Shown here piece by piece: positions 11,452-20,389 of a stretch of DNA of 64,000 nt. Source of the DNA: an uncultured Aliarcobacter sp. (GTDB lineage: Bacteria; Campylobacterota; Campylobacteria; Campylobacterales; Arcobacteraceae); contig CAXXLV010000002.1 in assembly GCA_963664305.2 (NCBI GenBank), forward strand, positions 1 to 64,000. Reading direction: 5' to 3'. Below the pieces are notes generated by a model, which did no database searches, was not told the DNA's origin, and saw only the letters and a list, made by a program, of their open reading frames with translations. A program made the position numbers and the translations under genes. Position 1 is the first letter of the stretch; every line of letters starts with the position of its first letter.

Positions 11452-12285
11452 TTAAATTAATTTTACTTTCTTTAAAAAATCACTAATCATTGGAATATAA
11501 TCTTTTCGACAAATCAAATAAGTTTCAAGTTCATTTGGTAGTTTAGTTAGTTTTAAATCATTTGTATATCCATATTTATCTATGATAATTTTGGATACAT
11601 AAGCTTTTCCCATTCCTTCTTTTACACAACCTAACATAACTTCATAGTTTTCTATAAATATTGTTTTAAAATCAAGATTTCCTCTATCTTTTTCATATTG
11701 TGCCAAGAATTTGTAGTGAGTACTATCTTGTTTATAACCAATTATTGAGTTGTTATAATCTTTATTTTTTGGTTCAACCATATACAAATCATCATAAAAT
11801 TTATTTAAAATCATTAAATCTTTATGGTTTGGCTTTCCTGTTATAAACGCAACATCAAGTTTATAATCAAGTAGTTTTTCTAAAATCTGTGGATTTGCAT
11901 TTGCATAGAGTTCTAGTTCTATATTTGGATATTTTTTATTTAGTTTATTTATAAAAGGTAATAATCTTAGTGCAACATTTGCTTGACCAGAACCAATTCG
12001 CAAGTTTTCTTGATAAGAGATATTTTTCATCTTTAGCGTGGCAACTTCAACTTTATTTACTATTTCACTAGCCATTGGATAGAGTTTTTCACCTTCTTTT
12101 GTAAGAATTACTCCTTGAGGAACTCTATGAAAAAGTAAATATCCTAAATTTTTTTCTAATTGTTTTATTCTAAGCGTTACATTTGATTGGGTGAAGTTTA
12201 AATCAAGAGCTGCTAACGAGATAGATTTTTTATTTGCAACAGCAACAAAAACTTTTAATAAAGTTGATTCCATATTACAATCCAT
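11452..12285 (-). CDS. LysR-family transcriptional regulator (likely start at 12273)
   Basis: N-terminal HTH LKVFVAVA...AALDLNFTQSNVTLRIKQLEKNLG..LFHR...LTKEG; divergent from a transporter gene. Confidence 0.92.
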   Translation of the reverse strand: MDCNMESTLLKVFVAVANKKSISLAALDLNFTQSNVTLRIKQLEKNLGYLLFHRVPQGVILTKEGEKLYPMASEIVNKVEVATLKMKNISYQENLRIGSGQANVALRLLPFINKLNKKYPNIELELYANANPQILEKLLDYKLDVAFITGKPNHKDLMILNKFYDDLYMVEPKNKDYNNSIIGYKQDSTHYKFLAQYEKDRGNLDFKTIFIENYEVMLGCVKEGMGKAYVSKIIIDKYGYTNDLKLTKLPNELETYLICRKDYIPMISDFLKKVKLI

Positions 12286-12364
12286 TATATAGTATATTAT
12301 TTTACATTATTTGACATTATATAATAAATGAATTATAGTTTCAAAAATATATAAAGGATTTATT

Positions 12365-13240
12365 TTGATAGAGTTACTTTTTAATAAACTCACTCCCATT
12401 GTAATACTAATTTTTATAGGTTATTATTGGAAAAAAAAAGAGTTACCTTTTGATAAAGATATGATTAGTTCACTTCTTATGAATTTAGGAACTCCAGCAC
12501 TTTTAATTGCTTCAATAAATAATAAAGATTTAACTATTGATAATATACTTACAATTATGATTTATGGGACATCTTTGATTATAGTTTGTACACTTTTGAC
12601 GATAATTTATTTAAAAATAGAATCAAAACCAATAAGACCATTTTTACAAAGTTTTATTTTTCCAAATACAGGTGGGTTAGGAATTCCTATTGTTTATGTA
12701 CTTTTAGGTGAGACGGCATTTGTTTATGCGATTACTTTTTCAGTTTTAATAAATATTTATCATTTTACTATTGGATTATGGCTTGCAAATAATGAATTAA
12801 ATCTAAAAAAAGCATTACAAACTCCAGTTTTATATGCTTTAGTTATTGCTTTAGCTTTTAAAGGAAGTCAAACAGATGTTCCTTTTGTAATAGTTGATGT
12901 TTGTAAAATGTTAGGTGGAATTGTAATTCCTTTAATGTTGATTGCTTTTGGTTCTTCTTTAGTTGGTATAAAAATTGGCGAAAACTTAAAAGCAGTAAGA
13001 ATGGGTGTAGTTCGTGTAATCATAGGATTTATTGTTGTATTTGCTCTTTATTCTTTGGGAAATTTTGAACAAGTTTTAATAGATACTTTGTTAATTCAAT
13101 ATTCTATGCCAATTGCAACTACAAGTTATCTTTTTGCATTAAGATTTAATGGCCCTTCAAGTGAAATTGCAGTTATGACAGCATCAAGTACAATAGCGAT
13201 TTTATTTTTATTACCAGTTATAATTTATGTAATAAGATAA
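12365..13240 (+). CDS. AEC (auxin efflux carrier/malate permease-like) family transporter
   Basis: About 10 TM segments; PALL, FPNTGGLGIP and MPIATTSYLFA motifs; AAGGA RBS before a TTG start. Confidence 0.85.
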   Translation: MIELLFNKLTPIVILIFIGYYWKKKELPFDKDMISSLLMNLGTPALLIASINNKDLTIDNILTIMIYGTSLIIVCTLLTIIYLKIESKPIRPFLQSFIFPNTGGLGIPIVYVLLGETAFVYAITFSVLINIYHFTIGLWLANNELNLKKALQTPVLYALVIALAFKGSQTDVPFVIVDVCKMLGGIVIPLMLIAFGSSLVGIKIGENLKAVRMGVVRVIIGFIVVFALYSLGNFEQVLIDTLLIQYSMPIATTSYLFALRFNGPSSEIAVMTASSTIAILFLLPVIIYVIR

Positions 13241-13308
13241 AATAAACTCTTTTTTTTGTTTTTTGTAATAAAATTCCAATCTAATAACAAAAGAAGAGAA
13301 AGATAAAA

Positions 13309-13539
13309 ATGAAGCAAATAAAGTTAGATGTAGAAGAAGATAAAGTAGAAATAGTACTTAATATTATTAAAAATTTAAAAGAGGGTTTAATCAGCAATAT
13401 TGAAATAGATGGTACTACAAAACAGATAACAACAAAATACCAGCCAAAACACAATAAAGTTATATATGAAAATGAAAATCCACAAGGAAAATATATGTCA
13501 CCTTCGGCATATAAATCAAGATTAGATAATAAAAATTAG
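13309..13539 (+). CDS. Hypothetical protein (76 aa)
   Basis: Clean ORF with a purine-rich upstream region; no family recognised. Confidence 0.65.
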   Translation: MKQIKLDVEEDKVEIVLNIIKNLKEGLISNIEIDGTTKQITTKYQPKHNKVIYENENPQGKYMSPSAYKSRLDNKN

Positions 13540-13556
13540 TATTTAAAAGAGATTCC

Positions 13557-13895
13557 TTGGAAAATAAACCTTTTCAAATAGATGCGAATATTTTATCAAA
13601 TAAAAAAAAGAGTAATAAATCTGTAAATAAAAATACTAATTCAAATAAAACTAAAAAAGGAAGTGGGAGATTTTTTCCTTTTTTTAGTTTGTGTTTGATT
13701 ATTATTGTTGGAGTAGGGCTTTTTATAAATTATCATAAAAGTAACATGGTAAAAGAGTTTTTAGATGGAAAAACATTGGTTTGTAAGGATAGATTAGTCT
13801 CAAAAGAACAATATATTTTAAGTAAAAATGAGAATGCTTTTATAAATAAAAAAGAGGGATTATATCTGTCAAGTTATTTTTGTTTTGAATTTTAA
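13557..13895 (+). CDS. Hypothetical single-TM protein
   Basis: Lys/Asn-rich N-terminus, one hydrophobic helix, small C-terminal domain with two Cys; TTG start. Confidence 0.6.
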   Translation: MENKPFQIDANILSNKKKSNKSVNKNTNSNKTKKGSGRFFPFFSLCLIIIVGVGLFINYHKSNMVKEFLDGKTLVCKDRLVSKEQYILSKNENAFINKKEGLYLSSYFCFEF

Positions 13896-13915
13896 GAGTT
13901 ATTATAAAAATTAAG

Positions 13916-13940
13916 ATACTTAGCCAAAAAGGCTAAGTAT
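13916..13940. terminator. Hairpin, probable terminator between convergent genes
   Basis: atacttagcc-aaaaa-ggctaagtat, perfect 10-bp stem. Confidence 0.7.
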
Positions 13941-13947
13941 AATTTAG

Positions 13948-14955
13948 TTATTTCCAATTTCCTTCAGTTGCTATTTCTACAGCTTTTTTAGTATTTTCAC
14001 CAATTTTATTTAATTCTATATTGTCTTCTTTAAATGTTCCCCATGAAGCAACAGTAGCTGATGGTTTAACTTTTACATTAACTGGATATTCATGATTTCC
14101 TTCTGCAAATAAAGATTGAGCCTCTTCCGAGCTTAAAAATTCCATAAGTTTTACAGCATTTTCTTTATTTTTTGCATACTTAGTTACACCAGCTCCTGAA
14201 ATATTTATATGTGTTCCAGTTGTTTCTTGTGCTGGGAAGAAAATTTTAACACTTTTTGCAATATCTATATCTTTTTGGTCTTTACCATGTAACATTACAC
14301 CTAAATAATATGTATTAACGATTGCAATATCAGCATCACCAGCTGCAACTGCTCTGATTTGGTCTCTATCACTTCCTTTTGGTTCTCTAGCAAAATTAGC
14401 AACTAAACCTTTTGTAAATTCTAAAGCTTTTGTTTCACCATGATTTGCGATAATTGAAGCTAATAAGGCTTTATTATATACATTTGTAGAACTTCTAGTA
14501 ATAACTCTTCCTTTGAATTTTTCATTTGTAATACTAAAATAATCACTTAAATCCTTCACATCAACTTTTTCTGGATTATAAACAAAGATTCTTGCTCTTT
14601 TTGTTAGTGCAAACCAATTGTTATCGTTATCTCTTAAGTGAGTAGGAATATTCTCATTTAATGTTTGAGAAGTTACTGCTTGTAATAAATTTTTTGATTT
14701 TGCTTCATAAAGGTTTCCAATGTCTGATGTAATTAATAAATCAGCTGGTGTTTTTTGACCTTCAATCTCTAATTTTGTTACTAATTCTTCAGCTTTTGCA
14801 GTTATTACATTTACTTTAATACCTGTTTTATCCTCAAATTTCTTGAATAATTCTTTATCTGAGTCATAATGTCTATGAGAATAAACATTTACTTCTGCTG
14901 AAGCAAATAACGAAGATGCAAATACAATGGCACTTAATGCTAAACTTTTAATCAT
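13948..14955 (-). CDS. Fe(3+) ABC transporter periplasmic binding protein (FutA/FbpA/CfbpA-like)
   Basis: Signal peptide; EVNVYSHRHY, YNKALLAS, DRDQIRAVAAG and NTYY (iron-binding Tyr-Tyr) motifs. Confidence 0.92.
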   Translation of the reverse strand: MIKSLALSAIVFASSLFASAEVNVYSHRHYDSDKELFKKFEDKTGIKVNVITAKAEELVTKLEIEGQKTPADLLITSDIGNLYEAKSKNLLQAVTSQTLNENIPTHLRDNDNNWFALTKRARIFVYNPEKVDVKDLSDYFSITNEKFKGRVITRSSTNVYNKALLASIIANHGETKALEFTKGLVANFAREPKGSDRDQIRAVAAGDADIAIVNTYYLGVMLHGKDQKDIDIAKSVKIFFPAQETTGTHINISGAGVTKYAKNKENAVKLMEFLSSEEAQSLFAEGNHEYPVNVKVKPSATVASWGTFKEDNIELNKIGENTKKAVEIATEGNWK

Positions 14956-14973
14956 ACTGATTCCTTTTAGTTT

Positions 14974-15040
14974 TAATAATTATTATCAAATATTATAGAA
15001 ATAAAACTTTAATTAATCTTAATAGTAAGAATGATTATCA
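14974..15040 (-). promoter_or_regulatory. Two Fur-box-like sites upstream of the Fe(3+)-binding protein gene
   Basis: Minus strand TGATAAT-A-ATTATTA (14974-14988) and TGATAAT-C-ATTCTTA (15026-15040) versus the 7-1-7 consensus TGATAATnATTATCA. Confidence 0.7.
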
Positions 15041-15080
15041 AATCATAATGATGATTTTAAATATTTACAGAATAGTTTTT

Positions 15081-15719
15081 TTATTTATTAAATTTTTTTA
15101 CAGCTTTATCAAGTTCATTAAATAGATAGTTGTTTCCCATTAAATCGAGGCATTGGTTGTGAATAAAAGTTTGTTTTTCATCAAATTCTGAACCATTTAA
15201 TTTTAGTTTTTCAAATATCTTTATTAAATTTGTTTCACCAATATTTTCAATATTTTCATTTTTTACTATAGATTTTAATTCATTTATATTTTTTTGTGGC
15301 ATTTTAAAATCACAATAATATTGTCCAGATTCATTTACACCCCAAAATTTAAGTCCTAATTTCATATAAAATTTTATAGAACTAGAAACACTATAAAGCT
15401 TAAATCGTTTTATATTAGAATCCATCAATGTATTAAAAAGATGTTCTATCATTTTATAGGCATAATTATTATTTCTATAATTTTTAGGTGTGAAAATATT
15501 ATGTATATTTAAATATTCATTATCTTTAGATATAGTATAAAAAAGATAACAAATATCTTTGTTGTTATCTCGTAAACACAAGGGAGGATTTTTTTCCCAA
15601 GAATAATAGTTATCCCACCATTCAAGTGCTTGTTTTGAGAATTTTAATGTTTCAAAATCTTTTATTAGTTTTACAGAATTTAGATATTCTTCTCTTGAAT
15701 ATTTTACAAATTTAATCAT
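15081..15719 (-). CDS. GNAT-family N-acetyltransferase-like protein
   Basis: LNIHNIFTPKNYRNNNYAYKMI (degenerate motif A) and SIKFYMKLGL (motif B). Confidence 0.7.
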   Translation of the reverse strand: MIKFVKYSREEYLNSVKLIKDFETLKFSKQALEWWDNYYSWEKNPPLCLRDNNKDICYLFYTISKDNEYLNIHNIFTPKNYRNNNYAYKMIEHLFNTLMDSNIKRFKLYSVSSSIKFYMKLGLKFWGVNESGQYYCDFKMPQKNINELKSIVKNENIENIGETNLIKIFEKLKLNGSEFDEKQTFIHNQCLDLMGNNYLFNELDKAVKKFNK

Positions 15720-15786
15720 ATAGTTTTGTATTTTTTAAAAGTTTTTGTAAAACTTTGTATTTATATTTCATTGTTAGAATAGTCAT
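15712..15786 (-). CDS. Possible 24-aa leader/small peptide MTILTMKYKYKVLQKLLKNTKLYD overlapping the GNAT start
   Basis: AAGGA RBS 5 nt before the ATG; its last codons TAT GAT TAA overlap ATG ATT AAA of the GNAT gene, which has no obvious RBS of its own. Confidence 0.4.
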   Translation of the reverse strand: MTILTMKYKYKVLQKLLKNTKLYD

Positions 15787-15997
15787 TTTTATCCTTTTTG
15801 AAGTATTTTTTATAGTTCACTAGAACTTGACTTGAAGACCATAAAACTCCAAAGATAGCCCTAGAAGCTGAATTTATTCCTAGCTTCTGAGCTTTATCTT
15901 TGTCATCATAAAATTGTTGAGTATTTTTAAGTGTTCTTAAATAAATGCTAATATTTTCAAACTTTATAGTTTGCTATTTATATCTAATATTGGACAA
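15761..15997 (-). pseudogene. N-terminal remnant of a class I SAM-dependent methyltransferase, directly behind cspA
   Basis: Frame reads LSNIRYK*QTIKFENISIYLRTLKNTQQFYDDKDKAQKLGINSASRAIFGVLWSSSQVLV.... I recognise the pattern YQTIEF..IHLRTL...QQF.D...A..LGISSA.WP.FG..WPS..VL. In-frame TAG at 15974-15976; no SAM-binding core follows. Confidence 0.65.
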
Positions 15998-16002
15998 ACC
16001 AA

Positions 16003-16221
16003 TTATATAGTTTCCACACTTGTAGCATGTTCACCTCTTTGGTTTTCACCAATAGAAAAAGTCACTTTTTGACCATCATCAAGAGATGCTCTACCATAGT
16101 TGTTGTTTTTTATTTCACTATAATGAACAAATAAATCTTTGCTATTATCTTCTAATTGGATAAATCCAAAACCTTTTTCACTATTGAACCATTTTACAGT
16201 TCCATTATATCTATTTGACAT
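16003..16221 (-). CDS. cspA: Cold-shock protein (CspA family)
   Basis: [15 protein letters not shown] (RNP1) and DLFVHYS (RNP2). Confidence 0.96.
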   Translation of the reverse strand: MSNRYNGTVKWFNSEKGFGFIQLEDNSKDLFVHYSEIKNNNYGRASLDDGQKVTFSIGENQRGEHATSVETI

Positions 16222-16367
16222 AGAAATCCTTTTATATAAAGTACTTCGTATAAGAAGTTTTAATAAAGTTTAACCAGATTTTAATATTTTGAGAGTAGTG
16301 TATTAATTTTGAAGTGTTAATAAAAAAGCAAACAATGTATAAGTACTAATTTTTCTTTAAGTAACAC

Positions 16368-16396
16368 ATGGTATCTGAAAAAAATTAAAATAGCAA
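16368..16396 (-). promoter_or_regulatory. Sigma70-type promoter for cspA, implying a 5' UTR of about 140 nt
   Basis: TTGCTA-17 nt-TACCAT on the minus strand. Confidence 0.5.
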
Positions 16397-16498
16397 GTCT
16401 TTTTTTAACTTTAAAAATATTTCTATTAATAACATTTGTTGATATAATAGTTTTGTATTTTTATTTGATAATATTTATAAAATAAGTTATACTTCAGT

Positions 16499-17383
16499 AT
16501 GAAACATAAAATCGAAGACAAATTATTTTCTGTTATTAACTCTATCCCAAATCCTGTGATTGTAATAAGCTGTGATAAACTGCAAAGTGTTAATAAAGCT
16601 TTTTTGGAATTCTTTAATGTTAAATCAATTGAAGAATTTAATATAATGTATAATCAAATAGCTGAATTATTTATAAAAAATAATGGTTTTTTTATCTTAT
16701 CAAATGTTACAAAAGAAGATGTATATTGGACTGATTATTTATTTCTTCATCCTGAAATGAATCGTATTGTATCTATTAAGAATAAAGATGACCAAATAAT
16801 TGACTTTGAACTTACTATAAAAAAAATAGAAAATGAATCAGAATATATTATAGTATTTAATGATATTACTAAATTTATTGCTGAAAAAAATGAATATAAA
16901 TATTTTGCTTATCATGACCATTTAACTAAAATATATAATAGACAAAAGTTTGATGAATTATTTTTAAAAGAAGTAGAAAATAAAAAAAGATATAAAGATC
17001 ATTTCTCTCTTCTTTTATTGGATATAGATCATTTTAAAATTATTAATGATACTTATGGTCATCAAATAGGTGATTTAACATTAATAGCCCTAACAAATTT
17101 GATTAAGAAAAATCTTCGAATTAATGATATCTTCGCTCGATGGGGTGGTGAAGAATTTATCATACTATTACCACGAACAAATATAAATGACGCATATACA
17201 AAAGCTCAAGAAATACGTGCTGATGTTGAATTTAATGTAGCTAAAGGACTTCCTTCAATTACAATAAGTATTGGTGTAACTGAAATGCGTAATTCTGATA
17301 CTACTCAAACATGTTTAAAACGTGTGGATGAAGCTTTGTATATTGCTAAAGAAAAACGTAACGAAGTAAAAAAAGTAATTTAA
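16499..17383 (+). CDS. Diguanylate cyclase with a PAS-like N-terminal domain
   Basis: DHLTKIYNR, DIDHFK.INDTYGH, RIND I-site, ARWGGEEF. Confidence 0.92.
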   Translation: MKHKIEDKLFSVINSIPNPVIVISCDKLQSVNKAFLEFFNVKSIEEFNIMYNQIAELFIKNNGFFILSNVTKEDVYWTDYLFLHPEMNRIVSIKNKDDQIIDFELTIKKIENESEYIIVFNDITKFIAEKNEYKYFAYHDHLTKIYNRQKFDELFLKEVENKKRYKDHFSLLLLDIDHFKIINDTYGHQIGDLTLIALTNLIKKNLRINDIFARWGGEEFIILLPRTNINDAYTKAQEIRADVEFNVAKGLPSITISIGVTEMRNSDTTQTCLKRVDEALYIAKEKRNEVKKVI

Positions 17384-17398
17384 TTTTTCAAAAATTAA

Positions 17399-17422
17399 AA
17401 AGAGTCTATTAAAAGACTCTTT
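17399..17422. terminator. Hairpin between convergent genes
   Basis: aaagagtct-attaaa-agactcttt. Confidence 0.65.
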
Positions 17423-17438
17423 AATAAAATATTATAAA

Positions 17439-18413
17439 TTATAGTTTAACTAAATATCTACCAACAGCCTTACCAGCTAATAAAGCTTCATAAGCTTCTT
17501 TAACTTCATCAAGAGTTATTTCATTTGTTAAATTATCTAAATTATCAATTTTAAAATCACCTGCAATTTTTTCCCATGCGTGAATTTTTTTCTCTAATTT
17601 TGCTTCAACAGAATCGATACCAATTAATCTTACCCCTCTTAAAATAAATGGGAATACATTTGTATTTAATTCAAAAGAAGATGTTAATCCACAACAAGTT
17701 GCAACACCATCATATTTTATAACTTTTAATGCCTCAGCTAAAATATTACCACCAACAGTGTCAATAACGCCATTATATTTTTCACTTCCCATTGGTCTTT
17801 TATTTTCAACATCAAAATCTTTTCTTAAAATTACTTCTTTTGCTCCAAGCTCTTTTAAGAATGGGATTTTATCCTCTTTACCAGAGATTGCAGTAACATT
17901 AAATCCTAATTTACTTAAAATAGAAACAGCAATAGAACCAACTCCACCAGTTGCTCCTGTAACTAAAACTTCACCAGATGTAATTCCATTGTTTAATAAT
18001 TCATTTACACTTAAAGCAGCTGTTAATCCTGCTGTTCCATAAGTCATAATCTCTTTATCTGTAATATTTTTCGGCATATTTACAACCCAAGAATCAGGAA
18101 CTTTTACAAACTCAGCATGACCTCCATTTGTGTTCATACCCATATCATAACCAGTAACAAGTACTTTATCACCTTTATTAAATTTTGATGAATTTGATTC
18201 TTCAATAACTCCAGCTACGTCAATCCCTGTAACATGGGGGAAAACTCTTGTAACTCCAGGATTTCCAACTGAACTTAATGCATCTTTAAAATTTAATGAT
18301 GAATAAGTAACTTTAATTAAAACTTCATTCTCTTCTATAGATGGGATTTCTATGTCTTGAATTCCTGATTCAAATTTTTTATCTTCTAGTTTATTTACAA
18401 CATATGCTTTCAT
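17439..18413 (-). CDS. YhdH/YhfP (AcuI-like) MDR-family NADPH oxidoreductase
   Basis: YSSLNFKDAL, GTAGLTAAL, VTGATGGVGS and PFILRGVRLIGIDSV motifs. Confidence 0.92.
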   Translation of the reverse strand: MKAYVVNKLEDKKFESGIQDIEIPSIEENEVLIKVTYSSLNFKDALSSVGNPGVTRVFPHVTGIDVAGVIEESNSSKFNKGDKVLVTGYDMGMNTNGGHAEFVKVPDSWVVNMPKNITDKEIMTYGTAGLTAALSVNELLNNGITSGEVLVTGATGGVGSIAVSILSKLGFNVTAISGKEDKIPFLKELGAKEVILRKDFDVENKRPMGSEKYNGVIDTVGGNILAEALKVIKYDGVATCCGLTSSFELNTNVFPFILRGVRLIGIDSVEAKLEKKIHAWEKIAGDFKIDNLDNLTNEITLDEVKEAYEALLAGKAVGRYLVKL

Positions 18414-18532
18414 AATTTATCCTTTTTTTTAATAATCTTTACACATACTGAAATTTTAGCTAAAATACATTATTAGAACAAGAACTTACTAAAAAGAAAT
18501 GTACTATCTAAAAAGATACTATAGGAAATAAA

Positions 18533-18877
18533 ATGACAAAAAAAATTGATTTAAATATTGAAGAAAATATTGAAAAATGTCCCGTTGAAACAGCACTTGA
18601 TGTACTTGCGGGTAAATGGAAAATATTAATATTATGGTATTTAAGAGCGGAGAAAAAAAGATTTAGTGAATTACAAAAAATGCTTCCTAGAACTACACAA
18701 AAAATGTTAATTCAAAAATTAAGGGAGCTTGAAGAAGATGGAATTGTTCATCGGGAAGTTTATCCTGTTGTTCCTCCAAGAGTTGAATATTCATTAACTG
18801 AATATGGAGAAACTTTAAAACCTATATTAAAACAATTATATTTATGGGGTGAAATTCACAAGAATGAATATAAATAG
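18533..18877 (+). CDS. HxlR-family winged-helix regulator with an N-terminal Cys
   Basis: [15 protein letters not shown]...RFSELQK...LRELEEDG...PPRVEYSLT; divergent from the oxidoreductase gene. Confidence 0.93.
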   Translation: MTKKIDLNIEENIEKCPVETALDVLAGKWKILILWYLRAEKKRFSELQKMLPRTTQKMLIQKLRELEEDGIVHREVYPVVPPRVEYSLTEYGETLKPILKQLYLWGEIHKNEYK

Positions 18878-18898
18878 AAACATTAATTTATATTTTTT

Positions 18899-18940
18899 AT
18901 GAGAATTATTTGTTTAAATCTAATAATTCTCATTTTTTTT
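18899..18940 (+). terminator. Intrinsic terminator after the HxlR gene
   Basis: atgagaattatt...aataattctcat followed by a T run. Confidence 0.65.
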
Positions 18941-19233
18941 CAAAAAATTTATTTTCTTTAATTTGATTTTTACTAACTTTTAAAAACTCCCAATTTTCAT
19001 ACTAATGTTAAGTTTTTATTGTGTAAATAAGTTTATCTTTTTTCTTAAAAATATATTTTTAGAAACTACCTTTCTTTTTTGTAAGTTCTTGTTTTTTGTT
19101 TTTTCATAAGTTAAACTTTTCTAAATCAAACTTTAAGGATTGATAATAGTAAAAAATATTATTTACAGTGTAAAAGCATAAATTATCCTTTTACACTAAT
19201 TTTTAATATAAGAAAGTTAATAGGAATTAAAAA

Positions 19234-20250
19234 ATGACAGAAAAAATATATGATATTATAATTATAGGTGGTGGACCAGGAGGAATTGGTACTGCAATTG
19301 AAGCATCAGCCCATAATATTGGGAAAATTTTACTTATTGAAAAAAGTGATAATCATTCAAATACAATTAGAAAATTTTATAAAGATAATAAAAGAGTTGA
19401 TAAAGATTATAAAGGTCAAGTAACTGAACTTCAAGGTAATGTTGAATTTTATGATGGTACTAAAGAAACTACATTAGATTATTTTAATGATTTATTAGAT
19501 AGTGAGAAAATTGATTCTTCATTTAATACTGAAATTGAAAAACTTGTAAAAATTGAAGATGGATTAATGGAAATTCATACTTCAAATGGAATTTTTAAAA
19601 CTAAAAATACTGTTATTGCTATTGGTAAAATGGGTAAACCAAATAAACCAATAGATTATAAAATTCCAGTATCAATTGGAAGACAAGTAAATTTTAATCT
19701 TGATTCATGTTCTTCAAATGAAAAGATACTTGTAGTAGGAGGAGGAAATTCTGCTGCAGAATACGCCTATGACTTAGCAGAGCAAAATAATAATGTTACA
19801 TTAGTTTATAGAAAAGCTGAGTTTTCAAGATTAAATAAATTAAATGAAAATTTATTATATAAATATTATGGTGAAGAAAAATTAAGACTTAGAATGAACT
19901 GTGATATAGAGAATCTAGAAAATGAAAATGGGAAGATAAAAGTTCAATTCAATGATGGATATTCAGTTTTATATGACAGAATAATTTATGCAATTGGAGG
20001 AACAACACCAGTTGATTTTTTAAAAAGTTGTGGTGTAGATATAGATGAGAGTGGGAAACCAATTTTTAATGAACATCATGAAACATCAAATGAAAATGTA
20101 TATGTAGCAGGGGATATAGCAATGATGTCTGGTGGATCTATTGCAATAGCGTTGAATCATGGATATCATATTGTAAATAATATTCAAAGAAAGAGTGGTA
20201 AAATTTTTTCTCATACTTATAAGTTTCAAGCAAATGAAATAGATGTTTAA
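19234..20250 (+). CDS. FAD/NAD(P)H oxidoreductase of the thioredoxin-reductase fold lacking CxxC (FqrB/YpdA-like)
   Basis: IIGGGPGG, TIRKFYKDNKRVD, VVGGGNSAAEYA and YVAGDI...GGSIAIALNHG motifs. Confidence 0.8.
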   Translation: MTEKIYDIIIIGGGPGGIGTAIEASAHNIGKILLIEKSDNHSNTIRKFYKDNKRVDKDYKGQVTELQGNVEFYDGTKETTLDYFNDLLDSEKIDSSFNTEIEKLVKIEDGLMEIHTSNGIFKTKNTVIAIGKMGKPNKPIDYKIPVSIGRQVNFNLDSCSSNEKILVVGGGNSAAEYAYDLAEQNNNVTLVYRKAEFSRLNKLNENLLYKYYGEEKLRLRMNCDIENLENENGKIKVQFNDGYSVLYDRIIYAIGGTTPVDFLKSCGVDIDESGKPIFNEHHETSNENVYVAGDIAMMSGGSIAIALNHGYHIVNNIQRKSGKIFSHTYKFQANEIDV

Positions 20251-20326
20251 AAAAATATTAGGGAATAGGGACAAATTTTGAACAATGGAATATATAAAAA
20301 TTTTGGTTTATTCAAAATAAATATCT

Positions 20327-20359
20327 TGCAAGTTTTATGACAGAATTGAATGTTACTAT
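20327..20359 (+). promoter_or_regulatory. Regulon motif copy 1 with -10 (usp-tctD-tctE)
   Basis: TGCAAG-TTTTA-TGACAG-aattgaaTGt-TACTAT. Confidence 0.8.
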
Positions 20360-20389
20360 TCTTTTAACGTTAGATTAAAAGGATTTTTT

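Noticed and set aside
15850..15902. Hairpin (aaagata..agaagct/agcttct..tatcttt) as a riboswitch upstream of the GNAT gene
   Set aside because: No recognisable aptamer consensus, and it lies within the methyltransferase-like remnant frame; a regulatory role cannot be fully excluded
20327..20343. TGACAG half-site as a plain -35 box
   Set aside because: It ends only 10 nt before the -10 hexamer in all copies, too close for a sigma70 -35
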